DNA of 64,000 bases from a virus (lineage: Duplodnaviria > Heunggongvirae > Uroviricota > Caudoviricetes), in the IMG/VR virus record IMGVR_UViG_3300002348_000001, positions 19,979 to 83,978 of that record. One strand, given 5' to 3'. The translations under genes were made by a program, and so were the position numbers. The notes beneath the pieces are model-generated. The model saw only the letters and a program-made list of their open reading frames with translations, did not search any database and had not been told where the DNA came from. Position 1 is the stretch's first letter. Each line of letters opens with the position of its first letter. Shown here piece by piece: positions 46,854-55,079 of the stretch.

Positions 46854-47129
46854 ATGAATAAAAGAGAAAGACATAAATTATATAAACAATTATTAAAAAT
46901 AGTTTGTGCAGACCCAGAGGTAAGACAAGGAATATGTTATTATTTAGCAAACTGCACTACTCTTGGAATAACGTTATGCTATCGTATGGAGGAATTATTA
47001 CCAGAATTATATGAAAAAGCTCCTAAAAAATGGAAAAAAAACTTTTTTTCATACTGGTTTCCTACAACATATGAAGGATGGGAAAAAAGAATAGCTATTA
47101 TTGAACAATGTATTGAAGAAACAAAATAA
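46854..47129 (+). CDS. Hypothetical protein (91 aa), paralog of 47336..47671
   Basis: Shared features with 47336 ORF: R(H)xxYKxLL, C.Y..., LPELY.KAP..W(K)..., Y...W..RI...C..ET. Confidence 0.55.
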   Translation: MNKRERHKLYKQLLKIVCADPEVRQGICYYLANCTTLGITLCYRMEELLPELYEKAPKKWKKNFFSYWFPTTYEGWEKRIAIIEQCIEETK

Positions 47130-47131
47130 TT

Positions 47132-47332
47132 ATGAAATATAGAATTTATTTACCAAAAGACAGAGCTTTTTATATTATAGAACATCTTGATGCCTCTTTG
47201 TTTAAAATCCTTGAAAAAGAAGGAGAACATAGTTTTTATAAAATGGAATTTGAAATAAAAGATTCTGTAGATTTGTCTTCTTTATTATCAACTATATTTC
47301 ATTGTGGATTTGAACAAGCATTAAATATTTGA
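47132..47332 (+). CDS. Hypothetical small protein (66 aa)
   Basis: Short ORF between the two paralogs. Confidence 0.45.
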   Translation: MKYRIYLPKDRAFYIIEHLDASLFKILEKEGEHSFYKMEFEIKDSVDLSSLLSTIFHCGFEQALNI

Positions 47333-47335
47333 AAT

Positions 47336-47671
47336 ATGGCAAAGTTAACAAAAAAAGATAGACACGAATTTTACAAAAAACTGTTAGATTTTACAGTGGA
47401 AGATCCAAATCTTGATAATGGAATGTGTTTTTATATACATCGTATAATAATTGACAATTATAAATCAAATACTAAAATTAGAAAATTATATAGAGAATGG
47501 AATCACTCTACTACTTATTTTTTAATAGAATGTTTACCAGAATTGTACCATAAAGCTCCTATATTATGGAAAAATTTTCCAAAAGGAAGATATTGGTACT
47601 CATTACATAGTAAAAAATATTGGAATATGAGAATAAAACACATTTTTGACTGCGTAAATGAAACAGCATGA
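47336..47671 (+). CDS. Hypothetical protein (111 aa), paralog of 46854..47129
   Basis: See 46854..47129. Confidence 0.55.
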   Translation: MAKLTKKDRHEFYKKLLDFTVEDPNLDNGMCFYIHRIIIDNYKSNTKIRKLYREWNHSTTYFLIECLPELYHKAPILWKNFPKGRYWYSLHSKKYWNMRIKHIFDCVNETA

Positions 47672-48348
47672 GTATATCAGTTAAATACCCCATAATTGGG
47701 GCTAAAGTGGTAAGAGGAAAAGATTGGTGTTATGATGAACAAGATGGAGGAGAAGGAAAAACAGGTGTTATAGTAGATAAATTAAAATATGATTGGGTAA
47801 GAGTATTATGGGAAAATGGTAATAAAGATGATTATCGTATAGGAAATGAAGGTAAATACGACCTCTATTTTGCCACAGAAAAAGATGCACTCCTTCAAGA
47901 AGCTATGGAAAGATTTCCAAGTGGATGTTCTTATGAAGATACAATGGGAAGTCATCATAAAAACATTAAATATAATTATCCATATTGGTGGTCTGAATCA
48001 AGGATAGCTTTAAAAGAAGGTAAGGGATTGGTTTATGATAATGGTAAGTGGGCTGTACGTACTGATGTTCCTGTAAAAGAAGAATACGCAAAAATTATTA
48101 AACATAAAACAATAAATACAGATCAAAATGGCGAAAAATCAAAAAGTAATCCCAGCAGCAATGGGTCCACAAACACAACAAATGTTGAATGCAGTACCAA
48201 ACGAGAAAATGGAATTAAAGTACAAAGACTTAATTTCAAAATCCCAACAACAGTTAGAAGCGGAGGAGCTGGACTTAAAAGTTCAAATTGCAAAGTCAGA
48301 TTTGGAAGTAACAATAGCTACCACCAAAAAAGACTTAGCATCAGCTAG
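47668..48348 (+). CDS. Hypothetical protein (up to 226 aa); N-terminal domain paralogous to 48528..49748. The 3' 70-75 codons look low-complexity and overlap 48128..48478 out of frame
   Basis: VVRGKDWCYDEQDGGEGKTGVIV and YDNGKWAVRTDVPVKEEY mirror KVGDKVRVLK...GEICIVFYI and YYNGKWADIANVPRETEK in the 406-aa protein. The tail after about 48125 (NPSSNGSTNTTNVE...) is compositionally odd. Confidence 0.5.
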   Translation: MSISVKYPIIGAKVVRGKDWCYDEQDGGEGKTGVIVDKLKYDWVRVLWENGNKDDYRIGNEGKYDLYFATEKDALLQEAMERFPSGCSYEDTMGSHHKNIKYNYPYWWSESRIALKEGKGLVYDNGKWAVRTDVPVKEEYAKIIKHKTINTDQNGEKSKSNPSSNGSTNTTNVECSTKRENGIKVQRLNFKIPTTVRSGGAGLKSSNCKVRFGSNNSYHQKRLSIS

Positions 48349-48478
48349 ACGTGAATTAATTGCTGCTCAATCAGCTGTTCCTTACAATGTACAATATGAG
48401 TTAGATGCTTATCAACAAGTGCAAGGATTGGAATCAGCATTAGATTTTGCTGAAAGAATTTTATTACAGAGATTTTAA
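48128..48478 (+). CDS. Small coiled-coil protein (116 aa), resembles 49759..50106 in character
   Basis: Clean helical heptad-like sequence (QQQLEAEELDLKVQIAKSDLEVTIATTKKDLASARRELIAAQSA) followed directly by a terminator. Overlaps the previous ORF by about 220 nt in another frame. Confidence 0.5.
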   Translation: MAKNQKVIPAAMGPQTQQMLNAVPNEKMELKYKDLISKSQQQLEAEELDLKVQIAKSDLEVTIATTKKDLASARRELIAAQSAVPYNVQYELDAYQQVQGLESALDFAERILLQRF

Positions 48479-48487
48479 ATTACAAAA

Positions 48488-48515
48488 AGAGGGAATGTAA
48501 CTATTCCCTCTTTTT
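48488..48515 (+). terminator. Rho-independent terminator
   Basis: AGAGGGAAT-GTAACT-ATTCCCTCT followed by TTTTT. Confidence 0.7.
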
Positions 48516-48527
48516 AATTTATTATGT

Positions 48528-49748
48528 ATGAAAAATGTAAAAGTAGGGGATAAAGTTAGAGTGCTGAAACATTCTGGACATAAAAAAGAAGATTTTAAAG
48601 ATAATTCCATAGAAGAAGGAGAAATATGTATTGTTTTTTATATAGATAGCTACACGGAGCCTCTTGCTTATGTAAATAGAACAGGAGCAAATAATAAAAT
48701 AGAACCATATGAAGTATTATATGGGTATGAATATGAACTTTTTATTGATATTCCTGCATGCACCTACTATAAAATGCCTTCTATTAAACATGTGATACAT
48801 ACAGAAAAATGGTTAGTCTCAGTTGGTTATGAAATGGCTCAACCTATGGGAAGAGATCCGAATTATTTATTTATACATGGGAGTACGAAAAAGTTCCATT
48901 ACAATAATTCTGAAAGTTATAATGATGATGATTATAAAAAATTTGAAGAATTATATAAGTATGGAATGCCTATATTTATTGAACAGTCGGTTCCTGAAGA
49001 AAATCCATTAATAACAGAAGCTAAGAAAAGATACCCTGTAGGAACAAGTTTTCATCCAGCTCATGTAGCTAATTCAAGTTTTTATTGTACTATTACAGAA
49101 AATTCCGTCTTTAAAATAATAAGTAGTGATGAAATAACTGCTAGTATAAATCAACAAAGTTGGGTAGATCCTGATTTATCAGAAAATAAAATATACGGAA
49201 ACTGTCAGCTTAATAGGACTGTTTATTATAATGGAAAATGGGCAGATATAGCAAATGTTCCACGTGAAACAGAGAAGAAAAAAGAAAAAGTAGAAATATT
49301 CCCTGGAATATACATAGGAGATATTGTAGTTTCTTTGGCTAAAAATGGAAACAATAAGAATATAGGAGATATGTTTGAGGTTTTGCCTAGTAGTTTTAAC
49401 AATTCTTTATATTATAAAGAAGATGTAAATTCTTCTGATAGAAGTAATTGGAGAAAAGCTACACATGAAGAAATAAGTGCATATCATTTAGGAGCACGTA
49501 ATATTGATAAATTAATCAATGTTAAAATTGACGAAGATGGATTTATGTATACTTCAGACAAAGATTTTATTTATACAATACCTCCATCTCCTTGTCCTGA
49601 AATAGAACTTCCTAAAGAAAAACATAAAGAAATTGAAGCAATATCTGTATTTTTACCTAAAAAACAACAAGGTATGAATATGGATGTATTTACACAACAA
49701 AGTCCGGTGGTACTAAGTAAACCAAAACCACAATTAATAACAATTTAA
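48528..49748 (+). CDS. Hypothetical protein (406 aa), N-terminal domain paralogous to 47668 ORF
   Basis: See 47668..48348. Confidence 0.6.
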   Translation: MKNVKVGDKVRVLKHSGHKKEDFKDNSIEEGEICIVFYIDSYTEPLAYVNRTGANNKIEPYEVLYGYEYELFIDIPACTYYKMPSIKHVIHTEKWLVSVGYEMAQPMGRDPNYLFIHGSTKKFHYNNSESYNDDDYKKFEELYKYGMPIFIEQSVPEENPLITEAKKRYPVGTSFHPAHVANSSFYCTITENSVFKIISSDEITASINQQSWVDPDLSENKIYGNCQLNRTVYYNGKWADIANVPRETEKKKEKVEIFPGIYIGDIVVSLAKNGNNKNIGDMFEVLPSSFNNSLYYKEDVNSSDRSNWRKATHEEISAYHLGARNIDKLINVKIDEDGFMYTSDKDFIYTIPPSPCPEIELPKEKHKEIEAISVFLPKKQQGMNMDVFTQQSPVVLSKPKPQLITI

Positions 49749-49758
49749 ATCAAAAACC

Positions 49759-50106
49759 ATGTCAAACGAAATCAAAAAAGGTCAGTTGTTCATCAATCAA
49801 GTAATTGCACGTCTTAAAGGAGATAATGCAGAAGTGTTAGCTAATAAAATAGCTCGTAAAGGACTTTCAGCAGTTGAGGGTCAGTTAGCAAGTCTTAACT
49901 CTAAAAGAGTGGATCTTGAGTCAGCAGTAGAAGATGCAGAAGAAGCATTAATTGCTGCAAAGTTTCCAACAGAGTTAATCACTTCTAACGAGAACTACAT
50001 TCAGAACATTTTAAATGCTCAGAATAAATTAAACAATGCTAAAGCTGATTTACAAGCAACAGAAGAAGCAATTGTATATTTTACAGATCTTTTGAATAGT
50101 TATTAA
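49759..50106 (+). CDS. Small coiled-coil protein (115 aa)
   Basis: Preceded by the CAAAAACCATGTCA motif variant, followed by a terminator. Confidence 0.55.
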   Translation: MSNEIKKGQLFINQVIARLKGDNAEVLANKIARKGLSAVEGQLASLNSKRVDLESAVEDAEEALIAAKFPTELITSNENYIQNILNAQNKLNNAKADLQATEEAIVYFTDLLNSY

Positions 50107-50114
50107 TTACATTA

Positions 50115-50150
50115 AAAATGTACAGGTGTAAAAGCCTGTACATTTTATTA
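50115..50150 (+). terminator. Rho-independent terminator
   Basis: AAAATGTACAGG-TGTAAAAG-CCTGTACATTTT. Confidence 0.65.
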
Positions 50151-50161
50151 AAATTTTTAAT

Positions 50162-50854
50162 ATGAGTAATAATAAAGTAGAATTAATTTCGTGGCATAAT
50201 GGAGACCGTGGAATTGCAAGAGCAGCGTGGACTTCTACTAACATAGATGTAGATAGTAAAACAGATCTTCAAATAGAAGACCTTATAGTGAATAAACTAT
50301 GGAATAATGGTACAGGAAAACCACACAAAACTCCTTTTGAAAGAGGAATAGTGGAGTTTAATATTACCTGCGAACAGGCTTCACATATACATATGATTAA
50401 GCATCGTTTAGCAAATATTAACGGAGAAAGCGCAAGATATAAAGAGTTGAAAGAAGATAAGTTTTATCTTCCTGAAGATTGGTGGGAAATAAGAGTGACA
50501 CCTGATGTAAAAGATGATTTAGAATATCCTCAAGAGGAATATATGGATTGGTTTCACGCTTTAGAATTATACACTGAATTAGGAAACAAATTATATCATA
50601 AAGCTTTAGCTCAATTAACCCCAATATTAGGACGCAAAAGAGCAAAAGAATCAGCAAGGTTTTTTAAAACCATGAATAGTCAACTTACATTATCTGTAAT
50701 GATGAATATGAGTTGTTTTCAAAACTTTGTCACACTTAGAGCAGACGATGCAGCTCAGAAAGAAATTCATGAAATAGCAGATATGATGGTGGAAGCTGTA
50801 GAAAATATAGAAGGCAACCCATTTAAACACACATTAAAAGCATTTGGTATATGA
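50162..50854 (+). CDS. thyX: Flavin-dependent thymidylate synthase ThyX-like (230 aa)
   Basis: MIKHRLANINGESARY matches the ThyX signature RHR.......S.R(Y); size typical of ThyX. Confidence 0.55.
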   Translation: MSNNKVELISWHNGDRGIARAAWTSTNIDVDSKTDLQIEDLIVNKLWNNGTGKPHKTPFERGIVEFNITCEQASHIHMIKHRLANINGESARYKELKEDKFYLPEDWWEIRVTPDVKDDLEYPQEEYMDWFHALELYTELGNKLYHKALAQLTPILGRKRAKESARFFKTMNSQLTLSVMMNMSCFQNFVTLRADDAAQKEIHEIADMMVEAVENIEGNPFKHTLKAFGI

Positions 50855-50881
50855 AAAGTGTTATATTAATTTGTATTTATT

Positions 50882-51121
50882 TTGTATTATTGTTTGTTTG
50901 TTATAAAAGTGCTCAATATAAAAAAGACGATTATGAATAACTCAATACATGATTATGTATTTCATTTTAATGAATATACAAAACTTTGGTATGCAATACC
51001 TAGAAATGTTTACAAAGAATACTGGGACAATCAAGACACTAAAGGTGTATTAAAATCAAAAGAAATATCTGTTTTGATTGAATTAATTAACAAAGGCACT
51101 CAATTTATAGAAAAATTATGA
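50882..51121 (+). CDS. Hypothetical small protein (79 aa)
   Basis: ORF. Confidence 0.45.
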   Translation: MYYCLFVIKVLNIKKTIMNNSIHDYVFHFNEYTKLWYAIPRNVYKEYWDNQDTKGVLKSKEISVLIELINKGTQFIEKL

Positions 51122-51393
51122 AATTATTTAGAATTAAAGCAAGACTAAATCAAGAATCTATAGGAAGAACATTTTCAAAAAAAAATGAATATCATGTAGG
51201 AGTGGTATCAATGAACAAATGCCCTATAGTGGTTAAAGGAGATCCTACATTAATCTCTGAAACAATCTTTCATACAGAAGATGAGATTAATAGAGCTGTA
51301 GAGCTTATTGAAAGAGAGAATTTCTTTGATGTAGAAGTCATCCTTGTTAATAAAAAGAAAAGAAAGGATTATGAAAAAATCAATAGAAAATGA
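51118..51393 (+). CDS. Hypothetical small protein (91 aa)
   Basis: ORF coupled with neighbours by 4-nt overlaps. Confidence 0.5.
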   Translation: MKLFRIKARLNQESIGRTFSKKNEYHVGVVSMNKCPIVVKGDPTLISETIFHTEDEINRAVELIERENFFDVEVILVNKKKRKDYEKINRK

Positions 51394-53384
51394 ATTATAT
51401 TGTAACAAAAAACAGACAATATTTTGAAAAAATTGGAGATTACCAATATTGTGATATTTCTGAAATGATATTTCCTGATGTAGTGTCTATAGATACAGAA
51501 ACATCTGGATTGTTTCCAAGGAATTCTGATGTGTTTTGTGTTCAAATTGGAACAGGAACAAATAATTATCTTATACATATGTATGATGATAATTATGAAT
51601 TTAAAGATGTTGTTCCATATATAAAAGACAAAACATTAATTTTTCATAATGCATTATTTGATCTTGGTTTTTGTTACAAACATAATTTTTACCCCGAAAA
51701 GGTTAAAGACACTATGTTAGCCACAAAAATCTTATATAATGGAGATATTTTTAACTTAAAAGCAGATTTTAAATCTGTTATGGAAAGAGAATTAAACATT
51801 ACATATGATAAAACAGATCAAAAAAACATACATATTGTAAAACTTAGCCAACCCAGTACAATTCTTTACTCTTTTAATGATGTAGACAGACTTATAGAAT
51901 TACATGATGCATTAGAAAAAAAAATAATATCAGGAGGATATACAGAAACATACAACTTACATTGTGAATATATTAAAGCACTAGCTTATATGGAACAATG
52001 CGGGCTACCAATTAGTTCTGAATCATGGAAAAACAAAATGTTAGAAGATCAAACAAATGCTTTTAAATGGAAAACATTAATTGAAGAATATATTTATGAT
52101 AATATTCCTGAATATAGACAATCTCAATTAGATCTATTTAGTCAAGATAAAAAAATAAGTGTTCTTCTTACATCTCCTTTACAAATGGTAAAAGTGTTTA
52201 AAAAATTAGGAATAAATACTAAAGATAAAGAAGGTAAAGATTCTATTAATGAAAGTATAATATCAAAGAGTAAACATGAGTTTGTTGATATGTGGCTTAA
52301 ATATCAAGAAGCAAACCATAGAGTGACAACATTTGGCGACACTATTTTTAAACAAATAGAAAATGAACGTATTTATACTAATTTTAATCCTATGGTGGAT
52401 ACAGCTAGACTTTCAACCAGAAAAGGGCATATTAACTTTTTAAACTTTCCTTCTGATAAAGCTACAAGAAAATCTTTTAAAGCTAATGAGGGAAATGTTA
52501 TGGTGGTATGTGACTGGAGTGGTCAGGAAACTGTAATAGCTGCTGATCTTTCTCAAGATGAAGCTATGACTAAATCTGTTGTAGAAGGAGCTGATCTTCA
52601 TTGTTTGTTAGCAAGAGTGTTATTTCCAGAAATAGCTGATCTTACAGATGAAGAAATTATTAAACAACACAAAGATAAAAGACAAGCTTCTAAGAGCCCA
52701 AGATTTGCAATGTCCTATGGAGGAAATGCTTATACAATTCACATGAATGAAAGTATTCCATTAAAAAGAGCTCAAGAAATTGAAGATGGATTTAAAAAAT
52801 TACATGAAGGACTGTATACATGGGGTGAACAAGTTTTTCAACAATCTATAGCCACTGGATATATTGAATCAGCGGATGGATGGAAATTAAAGCTTCCTAA
52901 ATATGAAAATTTTTTGGAATTAAAAGACAAAGTGGAGTCTATTAAAAAAGAGGAGTGGCAATTGTATAAACAAGGCAAAATTGATTATAAAAAACAAAAA
53001 GAAGACAAAACACACATTATAAAAGATCTTAATGCTTTTAAATTTTATAAATCAAAGAAAAAAGATGTTTCAGACTTTTTTAAACTAAAATCTGAATACC
53101 AGCGTTTGTGTTTAAACAATCCTGTTCAGTCTAGAGGAGCTCATCAGCTAAAAAGAGCTACAGTGATGTTATTTAATTGGATAAAAGAAAATAATTATTT
53201 AAATGTAGTGAAGATAGTTAATACAGTGCATGATGAATGTGTTTTAGAATGTCCAACAGACATTGCAGAAATTGTAAAAATACAATTAGAAAAATGCATG
53301 GTGGAAGGAGGTAATTATTACTTATCTAATTTACAAATTAAAGCTGATGCTCAAATTGGAATATCTTGGGGAGATGCAAAATAA
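51390..53384 (+). CDS. Family A DNA polymerase with 3'-5' exonuclease domain (664 aa)
   Basis: Exo I VVSIDTETSGL; Exo II IFHNALFDLGF; pol motif A VVCDWSGQETVIAA (DYSQIELR-type); motif B RQASKSPRFAMSYGG (R..AK..NFG..YG); motif C VHDECVLE. Confidence 0.9.
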   Translation: MNYIVTKNRQYFEKIGDYQYCDISEMIFPDVVSIDTETSGLFPRNSDVFCVQIGTGTNNYLIHMYDDNYEFKDVVPYIKDKTLIFHNALFDLGFCYKHNFYPEKVKDTMLATKILYNGDIFNLKADFKSVMERELNITYDKTDQKNIHIVKLSQPSTILYSFNDVDRLIELHDALEKKIISGGYTETYNLHCEYIKALAYMEQCGLPISSESWKNKMLEDQTNAFKWKTLIEEYIYDNIPEYRQSQLDLFSQDKKISVLLTSPLQMVKVFKKLGINTKDKEGKDSINESIISKSKHEFVDMWLKYQEANHRVTTFGDTIFKQIENERIYTNFNPMVDTARLSTRKGHINFLNFPSDKATRKSFKANEGNVMVVCDWSGQETVIAADLSQDEAMTKSVVEGADLHCLLARVLFPEIADLTDEEIIKQHKDKRQASKSPRFAMSYGGNAYTIHMNESIPLKRAQEIEDGFKKLHEGLYTWGEQVFQQSIATGYIESADGWKLKLPKYENFLELKDKVESIKKEEWQLYKQGKIDYKKQKEDKTHIIKDLNAFKFYKSKKKDVSDFFKLKSEYQRLCLNNPVQSRGAHQLKRATVMLFNWIKENNYLNVVKIVNTVHDECVLECPTDIAEIVKIQLEKCMVEGGNYYLSNLQIKADAQIGISWGDAK

Positions 53385-53390
53385 TACATT

Positions 53391-53642
53391 ATGGCTAAAA
53401 TAAATCGTGAAAATATAAGTGAACATTTGCTTGATTATCAACTATCTATGATAGACAGAAGCATTTATGAAGCTCTCATCAACCCAAAATGGAGAGAGGA
53501 ATGGTGTATAAACGAAGAACAATACAATCAGTTTAAAAGATATGCCATTCCTCTTTTAAAAAAAGTGTTTAGATGTAACAAATCTAAAGCAGAAAAAACA
53601 TTAGAATGGTTTCACAGCCAATTTGGTTTAAAAATTAAATGA
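53391..53642 (+). CDS. Hypothetical small protein (83 aa)
   Basis: ORF. Confidence 0.5.
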   Translation: MAKINRENISEHLLDYQLSMIDRSIYEALINPKWREEWCINEEQYNQFKRYAIPLLKKVFRCNKSKAEKTLEWFHSQFGLKIK

Positions 53643-53812
53643 TTATGGAAGATAAAAAACACACACACTTTATTGAGGTATGGTCAGGATATAAAAATAA
53701 ACCACATAATACCGAATGCGTTGAAATAGAAAAGTTACCAATATATTTAAAAATCACAGAAGAATATATGTTTTGCAAAACCGTTGCTATTTGGAAAATT
53801 AAATTAAAATAA
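53639..53812 (+). CDS. Possible small protein (57 aa), not in the ORF track
   Basis: ATGA overlap with the preceding stop: MIMEDKKHTHFIEVWSGYKNKPHNTECVEIEKLPIYLKITEEYMFCKTVAIWKIKLK. Confidence 0.3.
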   Translation: MIMEDKKHTHFIEVWSGYKNKPHNTECVEIEKLPIYLKITEEYMFCKTVAIWKIKLK

Positions 53813-53815
53813 ATT

Positions 53816-53917
53816 ATGAAAACAATAATAATAACAATAATAATAACAATAATAGTATGGGAAATAGTAAGAGGAATACTAAAAAAATTAATCCTAAAGT
53901 ACATGAACGACATGTAA
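53816..53917 (+). CDS. Possible tiny hydrophobic peptide (33 aa), built on an ATA/ACA codon repeat
   Basis: MKTIIITIIITIIVWEIVRGILKKLILKYMNDM; overlaps the spurious-looking antisense ORF 53635..53913. Confidence 0.3.
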   Translation: MKTIIITIIITIIVWEIVRGILKKLILKYMNDM

Positions 53918-54012
53918 TGATAAAGTTTTTTTTATTAGTAATTATAGCTTATATAGGACTTTTTATTATGGCTATTATTCAAAAAATTAAAGAACTTTTT
54001 ATAAAATCATAA
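53917..54012 (+). CDS. Possible tiny TM peptide (31 aa)
   Basis: MIKFFLLVIIAYIGLFIMAIIQKIKELFIKS; start overlaps the previous stop (TAATG). Confidence 0.3.
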   Translation: MIKFFLLVIIAYIGLFIMAIIQKIKELFIKS

Positions 54013-54038
54013 TTATGACATTTGAAAAATTATAAACT

Positions 54039-54281
54039 ATGGCTATAGCTTTATTAAAATTTGATCTAAATGATCCTGAAGATGAAATACAGCATAAGAG
54101 AGCTATAAAATCTCTTGATATGATGTTATGTTTCTGGGATATTAGTCAATATTTAAGACAAATAGTGAAATATGAAGACAATTCTAAAATATCAGGAGAT
54201 GATATGGCTGATAAAATAAAAGAAAAATTCCATGAAATTTTAGATGAACATGGTATTTCAATTGATGAATTGTTGGGCTAA
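54039..54281 (+). CDS. Hypothetical small protein (80 aa)
   Basis: ORF. Confidence 0.5.
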   Translation: MAIALLKFDLNDPEDEIQHKRAIKSLDMMLCFWDISQYLRQIVKYEDNSKISGDDMADKIKEKFHEILDEHGISIDELLG

Positions 54282-54292
54282 ATTTTTAAAAT

Positions 54293-54472
54293 ATGGTGGA
54301 ATTAAAAGTGGATTTTGAAAGAGAATTTTTAAAAGATTATATATATTTGTTAGAGGAGAATATGATCCTGGACAAAGAAATTCAAAAAGAAATGCACAGC
54401 AGAAAACCTGCTAAAATAATTGTAATAACAGAAAAAGTAGAAGAAAATGAACATAACCCCCTACCATTTTAA
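54293..54472 (+). CDS. Possible small protein (59 aa), not in the ORF track
   Basis: MVELKVDFEREFLKDYIYLLEENMILDKEIQKEMHSRKPAKIIVITEKVEENEHNPLPF; overlaps the next gene by 26 nt. Confidence 0.3.
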   Translation: MVELKVDFEREFLKDYIYLLEENMILDKEIQKEMHSRKPAKIIVITEKVEENEHNPLPF

Positions 54473-55070
54473 AGAAATAACTAATAAAGGATACAATTTA
54501 GATATTATATACACTTTAAAGCTTGTAGAAGAGGGAGTGGATGTCAAATCTTTTTGTGAAGAAGCTCCTAAATTAAAAATAGTTTATCAATCTATAATAA
54601 GAAAAGGATTAATATCAGAACAGGATTGTCTAACCACAGACGGGAAAAGTCTTCTCAAGTTTTTAGAAACACCAGCAAATGAAGTTGTTAAATTGATTAA
54701 ACAAAAACCTAATTCTTCTGATTTTGATCTTTGGTGGAAAACCTATCCCTCTACAGACACTTTTGTTATTAAAGGAACAAACTTTTTAGGTAGCAGATCA
54801 TTTAAAGTGAAAAAAGATGAATGTAAACTTAAATTACAAAAAATCCTTGCAGAAGGAGAATATACAATTGAAGAGCTTGTAAAAGCTTTAGAATTAGATG
54901 TATTCCAGAAGAAGGAAAATTCCTTTAAAACAAAAACAAATAAACTTAGCTTTCTCCAAAACAGTCTTACATATTTAAATCAAAGAAGCTTTGAAGGATA
55001 TATAGATCTTATTAGACAAGGATTTTCTCCTAAAGAAGAACCAGAGATAGTAGGTAGTACAGACATATAA
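54447..55070 (+). CDS. Hypothetical protein (207 aa) immediately upstream of the helicase; possible replication initiation/helicase-loading role by position only
   Basis: ORF; no motif recognised. Confidence 0.55.
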   Translation: MNITPYHFKEITNKGYNLDIIYTLKLVEEGVDVKSFCEEAPKLKIVYQSIIRKGLISEQDCLTTDGKSLLKFLETPANEVVKLIKQKPNSSDFDLWWKTYPSTDTFVIKGTNFLGSRSFKVKKDECKLKLQKILAEGEYTIEELVKALELDVFQKKENSFKTKTNKLSFLQNSLTYLNQRSFEGYIDLIRQGFSPKEEPEIVGSTDI

Positions 55071-55079
55071 ATATTTAAT

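Noticed and set aside
48123-48314. Minus-strand 63-aa ORF
   Set aside because: Antisense to two overlapping plus-strand ORFs; hydrophobic low-complexity.
50418-51578. Minus-strand ORFs 50418..50657 and 51369..51578
   Set aside because: Antisense within thyX and within the start of the polymerase gene or the preceding ORF; Leu/Ile/Phe-rich shadow frames.
53635-53913. Minus-strand ORF of 92 aa
   Set aside because: Antisense in a uniformly plus-strand module and built from an (ATAATAACA)n-like repeat; the sense strand offers short alternative ORFs.
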